Assembly (NCBI GenBank): GCA_013416795.1 | Contig: RQSC01001099.1 | Coordinates: 1-21,781, forward strand | Source of the DNA: Prasinococcaceae sp. CCMP 1430 | Lineage: Eukaryota; Plantae; Prasinodermophyta | DNA: 21,781 bases | Direction: 5' to 3' | In this document: piece by piece, positions 1 to 8,875 of the stretch | Position numbering within the stretch: position 1 is the stretch's first letter | Layout: each line of letters starts with the position of its first letter | Notes under the pieces: model-generated | What the model was told of the DNA's origin: nothing | The model's database searches: none | The model's input: the letters and a program-made list of their open reading frames with translations, nothing else | Program-made: the position numbers and the translations under genes

Positions 1-518
1 CGGCCGGCGCTCGCGCTCTGTGGCCGCGCGGCGGCTGCGGCGCCCCCTGCGTGCACACGCACGCGCCTCGCTCCGGCGGCGCCTCTCCCCAAGCCCTCAG
101 CGATCGACCACGCAACACAAATGGAAGAAAAAGAGGTAAACGTATCCCACGGGCAACTTCATGGGCCTGACACAGCAGCTGTGAACGAACACCGCGTTTT
201 TTTCTTTGTCTCTCGCTCAAATGAGGCTGTTGCGAGGCGGCGGGCGGCGCAGGCGTCGGCGGGAGGCCCACACAGCGCGCTGCACGCGGCGCCCCGAGGG
301 GCGGGCGAGAGGCAGAAGGTCGGCTCCGCAGGCGGCTCGCGCATTCTTCCGCTCTTGGGCGGCGCGCGCGCCGCGCGCGCCGATGGGCCCGCATCGCGCG
401 AGCCAACGGCCTTCGCGGCGGCTGGAGCGGCGGCGGAGGCGGCGACGCAGCCAGCGGCGGCGGCGCAGGCGGCAGCAGGCAGGCGGGCGCCCCGTGCGGG
501 GCAGGCGCTGAGGGGAGG

Positions 519-1517
519 GATGATGAGGATACTGCGGAGGACCCAGCCGCTCCCCCGCCTCGCTACGACGAAAACGGGAAGTACATCGGGCCGGGCACGG
601 AGGCGATCCCGTACTGGCACGCAACGTACGAGGGCCTCGTTTACCTGCCGTACGTGCGCAAGCACCTACTCGACCGCATGCGCTCGGAGAACGAGCTGCT
701 GGAGCGCGACATCGTTGTGGCGAGCTTCCCGAAGACTGGCACAACGTGGCTGCAGACGGTGCTGCTTTCGCTCGTCATGGGCGGGCCTGAGCGGCTGCGC
801 GACCCGATGCGCCAGTCGGTCTGGATCGAGGCGGCAGTGTGCCGACGCAAGTGCACGTGCGACGAGTTTATGGACGGCTGGGGGGCCATCAGAGGGGTTC
901 TGCCCGAGCAGCGTGTGCTCAAGACGCACGCACAGGCGCACGTGGCGCCGTGGGTGGGCTGCGCCGATCCGACCATGCTGCGCGCGTGCGGCGCGAAGCT
1001 CGCCATCACATGGCGCGACCCTCGCGACGTGGCCGTGTCGTGCTTCCACCACATCACCGCCTCCAACGCGTACCGCTATCGCGGCACCTGGGATGAGTTC
1101 ATAGAGATGTTCTTGGCGGGGGGCACCGAAGGCGGGGACTTCTGGGAGTGGCAGCTCGGCTGGAGGCGCGCCACGGCGAAGGCCGTCAGGAGCGGGGACG
1201 CCATGTGGGTGCGGTACGAGGACATGAAGGCCGACCTGCCCGGGATGGTGCGCAGGCTGCAGGCGTTTGCGGGCCTTCCGCCAGACGAGGAGCTCGTGCG
1301 GCGCACGGCGGAGGCAGGCGAGTTCGGTGCGATGCGCGCGCTGTTCGAACGGCGAAACGTGCGCAAGCTCGCCAACGGCAAAAAGTTCAACGCCGAGCAC
1401 ATCAGGAAGGGCGAGGTCGGCGGATTCGACGAACTCATGACTGAGGAGCAGAGCCAGGAGTTCCAGAGGCGGACAGCGCAGCTGGAAGCCCAGCTACACG
1501 CAGAGGGTCTCTTATAG
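519..1517 (+). CDS. Cytosolic-type PAPS-dependent sulfotransferase (Sulfotransfer_1 family); 5' end unresolved
   Basis: 5'-PSB motif VASFPKTGTTWLQ, catalytic His in VLKTH, 3'-PB motif WRDPRDVAVSCFHH, VRYEDMK and C-terminal IRKGEVGG. The frame is open upstream of the tracked GTG at 654 back to a TGA at 222-224 (DDEDTAEDPAAPPPRYDENGKY...YEGLVYLPY), with no in-frame ATG, so the start given is approximate. Confidence 0.92.
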   Translation, partial: DDEDTAEDPAAPPPRYDENGKYIGPGTEAIPYWHATYEGLVYLPYVRKHLLDRMRSENELLERDIVVASFPKTGTTWLQTVLLSLVMGGPERLRDPMRQSVWIEAAVCRRKCTCDEFMDGWGAIRGVLPEQRVLKTHAQAHVAPWVGCADPTMLRACGAKLAITWRDPRDVAVSCFHHITASNAYRYRGTWDEFIEMFLAGGTEGGDFWEWQLGWRRATAKAVRSGDAMWVRYEDMKADLPGMVRRLQAFAGLPPDEELVRRTAEAGEFGAMRALFERRNVRKLANGKKFNAEHIRKGEVGGFDELMTEEQSQEFQRRTAQLEAQLHAEGLL

Positions 1518-2551
1518 GCGCTCGCACTGATCTCTCCCTGCGCGCCATCCTCTGTCGTCACCCACCCGAATGTTCCCGCCACACGTGCATGCATGATGCC
1601 CGACACACGTTAATACACGACGACGAGAGGTGACACGCTGGCCTCCCTGGCCTCCCGCCACCGCCGCCGCCGCCGCCACCGTCGCCGCCGATGCCGCGCC
1701 CGTCGTAGCCGCCGCCGCGCCCGCCGCCACCGCGCGCACTCCGCGCGCACCCTCGCCCCATCCCCCCCCCCGCACACACACAGACACAGGGAGGGGTGAG
1801 GAGGCCTCCGAGGCGATCCTGCCGCGCGCGCCGCCGTGACACACAAACCCTACCATACAGTTTCACCCCAAATGTCGACCCTTACCGGACGCCATCTGCC
1901 CGGCTGGCCGGAGCTGGCTGTGGCCGCGACCCGACCCAGGCCACCCTAGTGTCTCGAACGCCTCGGGCGCGTCGCCCAGGCTGACTCAGCGGGCGCGGCT
2001 GGTTAGTCGAAGAAAGGCACGGACGGTCGGTCGCAATAGGGCGATGGCTTTTGGTTGTCGTTGCTGGCCGGACCTTCCTTCTGTCGCCACGCAGTCAGCG
2101 GGCTCCGCTTCAGGTCAGCCGGGCGTCGGCAGCCCACGTTGTGGTGGGGTGGTCACGTCGTCCTCCGCTCGCCCTCGCCGTCGTTCGGTCGTCGTTCGAT
2201 CCTGGCGCGAGCGCCGGATGCTCCCAGCTGCCACCCCGCCGAGCCGAGCGGGCGATGGGACGTCGCGCCCCGGCGTTGACCCGATGGAGGGAGCCGGCGC
2301 GACCACGGCGACGCCGGCAGGCGCATGCGCTTCGAACGACCCCAACCCAAACCTCCGCGTCCCTCGAATGCACATCAACATCACTCACGGAAGCGACCGG
2401 TACCTCGGAGTTCACGGCAAATCGAACCGTCATTCCACAGTCGCCCGTGGGTGTAAGACATACTGTATCAAGAATAGTATATTATGATAAACCATAGCAA
2501 AAAGCGAGAAACCTGAAGGGAGCGCCTGCGCGCATCGCATCGCGTCCGGCA

Positions 2552-2573
2552 GCGCGCGCGCGCGCGCGCGCGC
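2552..2573. repeat. (GC)11 alternating purine-pyrimidine microsatellite in intergenic/promoter DNA
   Basis: Read directly: gcgcgcgcgcgcgcgcgcgcgc. Confidence 0.95.
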
Positions 2574-2946
2574 CCGGCCACGGTCGCGCGGCGGAACAGG
2601 TTTGTGCACATCAGGGTCTATGTCCAAACCTCTCGAAATGTTGTTTGATGCGTGCCTTCTCTGGAATTGGAGGTGGAAGGTTTGGGTTGCGCAGGCACGC
2701 GCCGGGCGCGCGCCACGGGAGCGCGCGCGCTGCTGCCAGGTGGGCGCGCGCCGCCACGTGGCACATCAAAACGCATGCGCGGGGCGCGCTGCCGGGGGTG
2801 TTGCTGAGCGCCCCTCACCCCCCGCCCGCCGCCCCACCGTGCCGCGCCGCCCGCCGCGGCAGCGGCAGGCGCCGATCGCCTGCTCCGGCGCCCGAAGCAC
2901 GGTCGCTGCCGTAGCTGCGCCGGTGGCGGAGCTGCCGGGTGAGCAC

Positions 2947-5274
2947 ATGGCCGCCATGAGCCGCCTGCCGCCGATGCTCAGCCCGAACAATATAGAGGTG
3001 GACGGGATGCCCGGGGTTGACGGGCTTGAGGGCGCGCTCTGGAGTCAGGGCCACGCCAGCGACAGCAGAGCATCGCCGCGCGAGGAGCGCGACCGGATGG
3101 GGAGCGGCGCGCTCCAGTGGCGATGGCAGCAGGAGCGTGAGGAGCTGCAGCAGCAGTCCGAGGAAGGCTGGCAGGGACGCAACAAACGGCAGGAGAGGCA
3201 GCGCAGGCAAGCGTCGGGCCTATCGTCGCGCGAAACGATGGGGGGCGAGGGAGGGGGCCAGCGGCATCGATCGCCTAAGCTCCCAGACTATCCCGAACCT
3301 GAGATTGACTTGGCGACGGTCGGCGTGGTGCTCGGGGTGCTGCTGCTAGGCATGGGCACGTGGTACGGGTGGCGGTGGAAGCGGCGGCGCGAGAAGAAGC
3401 GGCGGCTGGTAGGAAGCGTGAACGCGAGCAGGCAAGCGAGGCCGGCGGCCCAGAAGGATGGGCGCGCGCGCAAACTGATCAAGTCCAAGTCGGTGCCGAG
3501 ACGCGTCGCCAAGGCCGCTCGGCAGCCCGCGGTGAAGCCGTCGCCGCCGCTACCCAAGGGCGGGCCGGTTAAGTCGCGCAAGTCGCACATCGGGCGCATC
3601 ACGAGTGCACCGTCGTCCATCGCGTCGAAGACGAAGAGCATGGCGGAACACCCCTCCGCGCGGGTGGCGAAGGTACCCGCCGCGGGCAGGGTCTCGGAGG
3701 CGCGGCCCGAGGAGCAGGCGCTGGCCGAGTCTGCGTCCCCAAACGAGCGCGCTGCGCACTCGGACGAGGAGGAGCGCGCACCCTCTTCGAGCGCGAGTGA
3801 CTCGGGGGCGAGCGTCACGGGTTCCGATCAGACAATCAGCGACTACTGCCACTCGCACTCCGGCTCCATCACCTCGGTGCTCGAGGTGAACAGCGCCGGC
3901 AAGTGCGACCCACTGGCTGGGTCTCCCCCCGTGGCCGTCTTCGGCAACGGCCCGCCAAAGCCGAGGCAGAGAAATGCCGGCAAGCAGAAGGTCGAGGGCA
4001 CGCCCGGCGCACTCGCAAGCAAAGGCGCCCCCACTTTCTACGCGAGGTCCGCGGCCAAACCGAAGTCCCGCAGCGCGAGCCTCGAACTCCCTGCAGGAAA
4101 CAGGCTGTTGCCACGCTCGGCCGTGTCAGTTGACGCCCAAGGCGCATCGACCTCCAAGATAATGTACGTTGAGCCTGAGGAAGGGCCACAGCCGTGGCAG
4201 CTCAAGGAGAGCACCAACAAGTACGCCAGATCGAAGGCCAGGCGCGGCGAGCAGGCGAAAGGGAGCGCCGAACCTGCCGCCACAGATGCGCTCGCCGAGG
4301 GGACGGCACGAGCGGGAGAGGGAAAACCGCAACGAGCCTCTCATCTGTCGCCGACGGCAGCGCCATTTGAGCCCCTCTCGATGCAGGTCAAGCAGCTGCT
4401 GGTCGCAGCGCCGCACCAACTTGTCGCGCCGCACGCGATGCAACAGCATATTCATCATCAGCACGTCGATCAGGGGCGGCAGCAACAACAGCGGCAGGAT
4501 GGAAGAGGGGCGACCCCTACGAGGATCGGCCCGATGGTGCTGGCTAAGTTCAGGCGAGGGCAGGGTGTCCCAGGGACGCCTGTCGACGCGCCGCCCCACG
4601 TGCACGCGATGGCGAAAGGCATCAATCTGGTTCCAGGCCTCGTACCGAGCACGTTCCTGGAGGACCTCGCGAAGGAGTGTGCCTTCCTGGTGGAAAGAGG
4701 TCGCAAGGGAATGCTGCAGAACGACTCGTTCGCGCCGCTGCGCGCGATGAGCCTGCGCGCGAGCACGTCACGATGCCGCGTGGTCCTTGGCGCTTCGCAC
4801 TGTCGATCCAACAGCGGCCGCAAGAAGCTGCACCTGGAGCCCTTCACACCCCTCATGCGCACGCTTGCTACGAGCCTGCGCAAAGGAGGACACCTGCACA
4901 CCGACCCGACCGTCGTTTCCGTGCAAGCATACTGCAAAGGAGACGTGCTCACGCCGCAGTGGCTGGTTGCCGATGCGGAGGACGCGATGGCGGTGCGTGA
5001 CGAGGTGGTCGGCAGCATGGCCATCGTCAACGTGTGCTCGTCCCACAGCCTGATGATTGGCGGCGCTGAGGACCTAGTGCGCCTGCCAATGCCATCGAAT
5101 GACGCCCTCGCGGACTGGACGGCGCCGCTCCACGTGCGTATGTCGCCCGGTGCCGTGCTGGTTGCCCCGATGGGCTCAGCGGCTCTTGATACCGCCCACT
5201 GCTGCGTGACGGAGGTCGAGCAGCACTGCTTCACAGTCGCCCTCTTCTCGCCCGCAAAGCTTCCGTCCGAGTGA
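2947..5274 (+). CDS. Single-pass membrane protein with a C-terminal AlkB-family 2OG-Fe(II) domain resembling plant ALKBH9/10 (m6A demethylase clade); catalytic residues degenerate
   Basis: TM helix VGVVLGVLLLGMGTWYGWRW (3319-3378) followed by KRRREKKRR, then a long low-complexity linker. From ~4612 the sequence KGINLVPGL...LVERGRKGML...EPFTPLMRTL...VVSVQAYCKGDVLTPQWL...MAIVNVCSSHSLMIGG...GAVLVA...TAHCCVTEVEQHCFTVALF follows the order of ALKBH9-type motifs as I recall them. The ATG at 2947 is preferred over the upstream GC-repeat-rich in-frame extension. Confidence 0.72.
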   Translation: MAAMSRLPPMLSPNNIEVDGMPGVDGLEGALWSQGHASDSRASPREERDRMGSGALQWRWQQEREELQQQSEEGWQGRNKRQERQRRQASGLSSRETMGGEGGGQRHRSPKLPDYPEPEIDLATVGVVLGVLLLGMGTWYGWRWKRRREKKRRLVGSVNASRQARPAAQKDGRARKLIKSKSVPRRVAKAARQPAVKPSPPLPKGGPVKSRKSHIGRITSAPSSIASKTKSMAEHPSARVAKVPAAGRVSEARPEEQALAESASPNERAAHSDEEERAPSSSASDSGASVTGSDQTISDYCHSHSGSITSVLEVNSAGKCDPLAGSPPVAVFGNGPPKPRQRNAGKQKVEGTPGALASKGAPTFYARSAAKPKSRSASLELPAGNRLLPRSAVSVDAQGASTSKIMYVEPEEGPQPWQLKESTNKYARSKARRGEQAKGSAEPAATDALAEGTARAGEGKPQRASHLSPTAAPFEPLSMQVKQLLVAAPHQLVAPHAMQQHIHHQHVDQGRQQQQRQDGRGATPTRIGPMVLAKFRRGQGVPGTPVDAPPHVHAMAKGINLVPGLVPSTFLEDLAKECAFLVERGRKGMLQNDSFAPLRAMSLRASTSRCRVVLGASHCRSNSGRKKLHLEPFTPLMRTLATSLRKGGHLHTDPTVVSVQAYCKGDVLTPQWLVADAEDAMAVRDEVVGSMAIVNVCSSHSLMIGGAEDLVRLPMPSNDALADWTAPLHVRMSPGAVLVAPMGSAALDTAHCCVTEVEQHCFTVALFSPAKLPSE

Positions 5275-5344
5275 GGTCTTTGACTGGCGCGAACGCGACC
5301 TACGCATGGCCGCCGCGAGCGCTGGCAAGCCCACAGACACGTAT

Positions 5345-5365
5345 ACACACACACACACACACACA
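5345..5365. repeat. (AC)10 microsatellite in convergent 3' UTR region
   Basis: Read directly. Confidence 0.95.
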
Positions 5366-5414
5366 GCGGACCTCTCGGCCCTGTAGGAGACTTGTCCTAT
5401 ATGTAGACACACCC

Positions 5415-5419
5415 TGTAA
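5415..5419 (+). terminator. TGTAA (UGUAA) polyadenylation signal of the ALKBH-like gene
   Basis: TGTAA about 140 nt after the stop at 5274; UGUAA is the established chlorophyte near-upstream poly(A) element. Confidence 0.55.
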
Positions 5420-5465
5420 AGTGAGACAACAACTTCATGCAATGGTCTGTCCTAGTACCGAGGGG

Positions 5466-6482
5466 CTATGTCCTGAAGCTAAATTCGCCCCCCAAACGCT
5501 TGAGCGCCTCCTCGACGAGCATCCATGTCATACCCATCTGTAGAGCGCGCTTCAACACTCGCGGGGCCGCGCCTAGGTAGAGCGCACTCACGCCTTCCTC
5601 TGTAATTAACTTGCGCACCACGGCGGCGATCGACCTGCCGCCACCCTTGCTGCGCTCGAGTTGCAGCCGCGTGCGGATGACGTCCGGTGGATGCGTGATA
5701 AACGTCGCCAGCCCGCTGCATGTCGCGCCCGTCAAAAATCGCGCGGGCGCGCTCTGCGCCGCGTCTGGAGCGACGTTCTCCGCGATGCGGCGCGCGCGTT
5801 CGTACAACATGAGGTATATGCCCGAGTACGGCGCATCGCGCACGAACGTGGGCAGCAAGCCGCTACCAAGGCCGCGCACTCCCTCCTGCCTCGTGATGCA
5901 TCCCAAGGCGTGGATGGTACCTTTGTATCGCTTGCCGCTCACGCCCGAGAACTCCATGCGAGTCTTGATGACGTTGATGGGATTGAGGATGATCGCCGCC
6001 AGGATGCGCGTCGTCGCCCCAGCGGCGGCGAGGCCCGCTGAACCGAGCTGCTGGCCGTCGCCCTCCGTTTGGCCAAGAGCCCTGCGCATGCCGCTCGCCA
6101 CGGCATCAAGCATGCCAAAGTACAACGCCTGCCCACAGCCCACGCGGATCATGGAAGGCCCCACGCCGCGCCACAGCGCCCTCGGCCCGTCTGTCTTGGC
6201 GACACCAGCGATCGCCTGCACGAAATTCGTCGGGCGCACGCAAGCCGGGTTGCGCGCAGCGCGCGCGAAGTCGGCCTGCATTATTGTCTTTGAGACGTCC
6301 AACGGCTGCAGCACAGCAACGGCCAGCATTCCCGCGGCACCACCAGCGAGGCTTTGCACGAGGGTCTTCTTCCCGCGCTCGGCTTTCTGCTGCCTCTTGG
6401 TCGTAACTGCGCGCTGCGAGGCCGCTGCTGCACCCGATGCCGGCGCGCCCCCGCCCGGCGTACTCGCGACGGCGCCTGCCAT
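5466..6482 (-). CDS. SLC25A38: Mitochondrial carrier, SLC25A38/Hem25-like (glycine or IPP transporter clade)
   Basis: Three carrier signature repeats: QPLDVSKTIMQ, NPINVIKTRME, HPPDVIRTRLQ. Clade-typical segments LWRGVGPSMIRV..GQALYFGML, VRDAPYSGIYLMLY and PRVLKRALQMGMTWMLVEE. ATG at 6482 (MAGAVASTPGG) chosen as the likely start. Confidence 0.88.
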   Translation of the reverse strand: MAGAVASTPGGGAPASGAAAASQRAVTTKRQQKAERGKKTLVQSLAGGAAGMLAVAVLQPLDVSKTIMQADFARAARNPACVRPTNFVQAIAGVAKTDGPRALWRGVGPSMIRVGCGQALYFGMLDAVASGMRRALGQTEGDGQQLGSAGLAAAGATTRILAAIILNPINVIKTRMEFSGVSGKRYKGTIHALGCITRQEGVRGLGSGLLPTFVRDAPYSGIYLMLYERARRIAENVAPDAAQSAPARFLTGATCSGLATFITHPPDVIRTRLQLERSKGGGRSIAAVVRKLITEEGVSALYLGAAPRVLKRALQMGMTWMLVEEALKRLGGEFSFRT

Positions 6483-7072
6483 TGCCGACGCGACCAGCGC
6501 AGCCACGCTCACCCAGGCGTCTCCCAAGACTCCCACTAGAGCGCCTGCTCCAGCGTGCACGCGAGCGCGTTTGTTGCCCCCCCGTCCCGGCAGCTGCTTG
6601 CCTGCGGGCGCTGGCGGCCGGCGGCACCGGCAGCGCCCGCGGACCCTCACCGGCCCGCGGCGCGGCCGCTCGACCGGCGACGGGCGGCCAGGCGAGAACC
6701 CACCCCACCCCGGAGCACCGGCAGCCCGAGGCTGCGACGTGCTACAGGCCGGGGGATGGGGTGGGCGCCGCCTGGCCGCACGGCGCGCGCGCCGAGTGCC
6801 GCCGCGCGCCCAGCGCCCAGTGCAGAGTGCGTCGCGCAGGCACGGATGCAACACCAAGGGAGACTCAAAATCATATCAAAATACATTGGATGGCGCGTCA
6901 CTCGGCGCGGGTCCCGAAACCCTCACCGGGTCGAATCCCCCATCAGCGGGCGCTTGCGGGGCTGCTCGGCCCGCGGCCGTGCGGGCGGCCGCATGGATGA
7001 AAGTTTGGGCAGCGGCGCTGCGCCGGGCGGCGCGGAAATAATGATACAGGCACGGGCGCCGCCGCACAGCCT

Positions 7073-7816
7073 TCAGCCGGTCCCGCCGCACTCGATGAGC
7101 CTCGTGGGCGTGGCGACGAGGTCGACGGGGTGGTCGTGGCCGTCCGCGGGTACGCTCGCAACCACCTGCTCGTCGTACGCGAGCGCGAGCAGTGCGGGCG
7201 GCCGCGCGCCTGCCGCGGCTGCGGCAGCGGTCAGGCGTGCGACGAAGCGGTCGTAGAAGCCCCCACCGCGACCGAGCCGCAGGCCACTGGCATCGAACGC
7301 CAGGCCGGGCATGAGCACCAGGTCGTACGCGTCCGCGTCTGAGCCACCGTTGCCGCTGGGCCCGCCGCGAGGTGCGTTGCGTCGCGCGTTGACGTCCTCG
7401 ATGTCCTCACGCGGCTCTCCGCGCGCATTCAGCAGCGGCGGCTCGAGCAGACCCATCGCTCCCGGCTCGAGGTCGTCCAGCGATTCGATGCGCAGCATCC
7501 GCATGGCGCCGTCAGCGCTGTCCCCAATCACGCGTGGTGCGTAGCACGGCGTGCCATGCGCGAGCGCTGCTCGGATGAGCGGGGCCGTGTCGACTTCGCG
7601 GAGCCGCGCCGTGTCTGCTATGAACACGCACGCCGCGCGTGCACGCGCCCACACTTCAGACTGTCGCGCCCGCTCGCACGCGGCGGCCGCGCCCGCCTCG
7701 AGCTCCGCCTCAGACATGCGGCGCAGGCGCGCGCGAACGTCCGCGCGCATTGCGCGCTTCTCATCCGCGGCCGCATCCCCCCCCGCTGTGGCAGCGGCGC
7801 CCGCGGCCGCGGCCAT
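7073..7816 (-). CDS. MTHFS: 5-formyltetrahydrofolate cyclo-ligase (5,10-methenyl-THF synthetase)
   Basis: EKRAMRADVRARL N-terminal helix, EVDTAPLI, LLEP, DLVLMPGLAFDASGLRLGRGGGFYDRF and ALAYDEQVVASVPADGHDHPVDLVATP. Alternative ATG at 7825. Confidence 0.96.
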   Translation of the reverse strand: MAAAAGAAATAGGDAAADEKRAMRADVRARLRRMSEAELEAGAAAACERARQSEVWARARAACVFIADTARLREVDTAPLIRAALAHGTPCYAPRVIGDSADGAMRMLRIESLDDLEPGAMGLLEPPLLNARGEPREDIEDVNARRNAPRGGPSGNGGSDADAYDLVLMPGLAFDASGLRLGRGGGFYDRFVARLTAAAAAAGARPPALLALAYDEQVVASVPADGHDHPVDLVATPTRLIECGGTG

Positions 7817-7817
7817 C

Positions 7818-8846
7818 GCGCGCATCTTCGGCCTTCACGACGAGTGCCTTCACAGTGTTGGTGATCTCCGCCATCTCTGCTGTCATTCGCACGCGAGTGT
7901 CGTTGTACTGCTCGACGCGTGCGAGCACCTCAGCGAATGTATCCATCTGCGTGGGAAAGTCCGCCTGCGACTCGAGGTCGGTGATGTCAAGCACCGCACA
8001 GATGTCTTGCACGATGTTGCCCGCCACATCCATATCCTCGCAACGCACCGTGACCTCCCCCACCGCAGCGTTCGCCCGGATGGCCAACGCGGAGCCGTCG
8101 CGCAAGCTCACGAAGACCTCGTTGACGTTGCCAGAATCGTCAACCACTCTTGCCGGCGCCAAAGCCCCCTCTTTCTCCGCGCCCGATGCCAAGGAAGTAC
8201 CAATCCAATGCGCAAGCATCGGTATGGCGCTGGGCGACAGTGAGAACGTGACGCCGGCGTTAGGCACGGGCACCTGGCCCGGCGCTGCACGCTTGTACAT
8301 CGCGTACGCGCCCAGGGTCTCCTCAAGCTCGAACACGTGGTACCCCGCCGCGCCGGGCATGGACACAATGACTTTGCCGACGATGGCAACGGGCTGGTCC
8401 ACCTTGGGGCGCAGCTGAACTCGGAACTCGGAGGCCGGCTGGGAGGGCACAGCATAGAGGCTCTCGTCGGTGAAGATGCGCTCGCCAAAAATCAGTGCCC
8501 CAGTGATGACTGCAGGTGGCGTGCAGTTCAGCACGAGGTCGATGGCGCCTGCGCGAACGTTCTGCTCGAGGCGGTGATCAAGGCGCGTTGAGACGGGGAT
8601 GACCGACGATGTGTTGGAGGAGGCACCCTTGCCTACACGCGCGTCCAGCGCCTGCAGCTGGAAGAGCAGCTCGGCGCGAGTCTGGGCCAGCGATTGGATC
8701 CGCTCCTCGTTGGCGTCAGCGTCCATCAACGAGCCGGCGCCATCGCCACCGATGTTGTTCAAGCCTGCATCGTCTGCCACACGCTCGGCGGGCAGGTAGC
8801 CCTTGACCTCACCGTTCACACTGCACACGATCAGCTCGTCCTTGCC
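7818..8846 (-). CDS. BBS2: Bardet-Biedl syndrome 2 protein (BBSome core), internal/C-terminal fragment
   Basis: GKDELIVCSVNGEVKGYLP (end of beta-propeller), GAE/platform region, then RCEDMDVAGNIVQDI...DLESQADFP...LARVEQYNDTRVRMTAEMAEITNTVKALVVKAEDAR. The 5' half is cut by N at 8848. Similarity ends at AEDAR (7818); the frame runs on to a stop at 7761-7763. Confidence 0.9.
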
Positions 8847-8847
8847 G

Positions 8848-8848
8848 N
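8848..8848. other. Single-N assembly gap (true size unknown)
   Basis: N at 8848; BBS2 coding sequence stops abruptly here, so substantial sequence (the beta-propeller-coding part) is missing. Confidence 0.9.
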
Positions 8849-8875
8849 ATCGGCGTCGTCAAGGAGGACGACTGA
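8849..8875 (+). CDS. Possible last codons of an unidentified gene cut by the gap (IGVVKEDD*)
   Basis: atc ggc gtc gtc aag gag gac gac tga immediately after the N, with GC-ending codons; too short to identify. Confidence 0.25.
   Translation: MGVVKEDD

Noticed and set aside
1845-1852. AAACCCTA as a possible telomerase RNA template
   Set aside because: Only an 8-nt match, with similar motifs elsewhere (9074, 14128); no Pol III promoter or conserved TR structure recognisable.
1558-1866. Minus-strand glycine-rich ORF (RGGGGRGGGYDGRG)
   Set aside because: Derived from a (GCC)n-type low-complexity tract; no RRM or other domain and no ATG context.
2602-2946. N-terminal extension of the ALKBH-like ORF (TTG/ATG starts at 2602/2620)
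   Set aside because: Arg/Pro-rich translation of GC-repeat, promoter-like DNA; no signal-peptide character.
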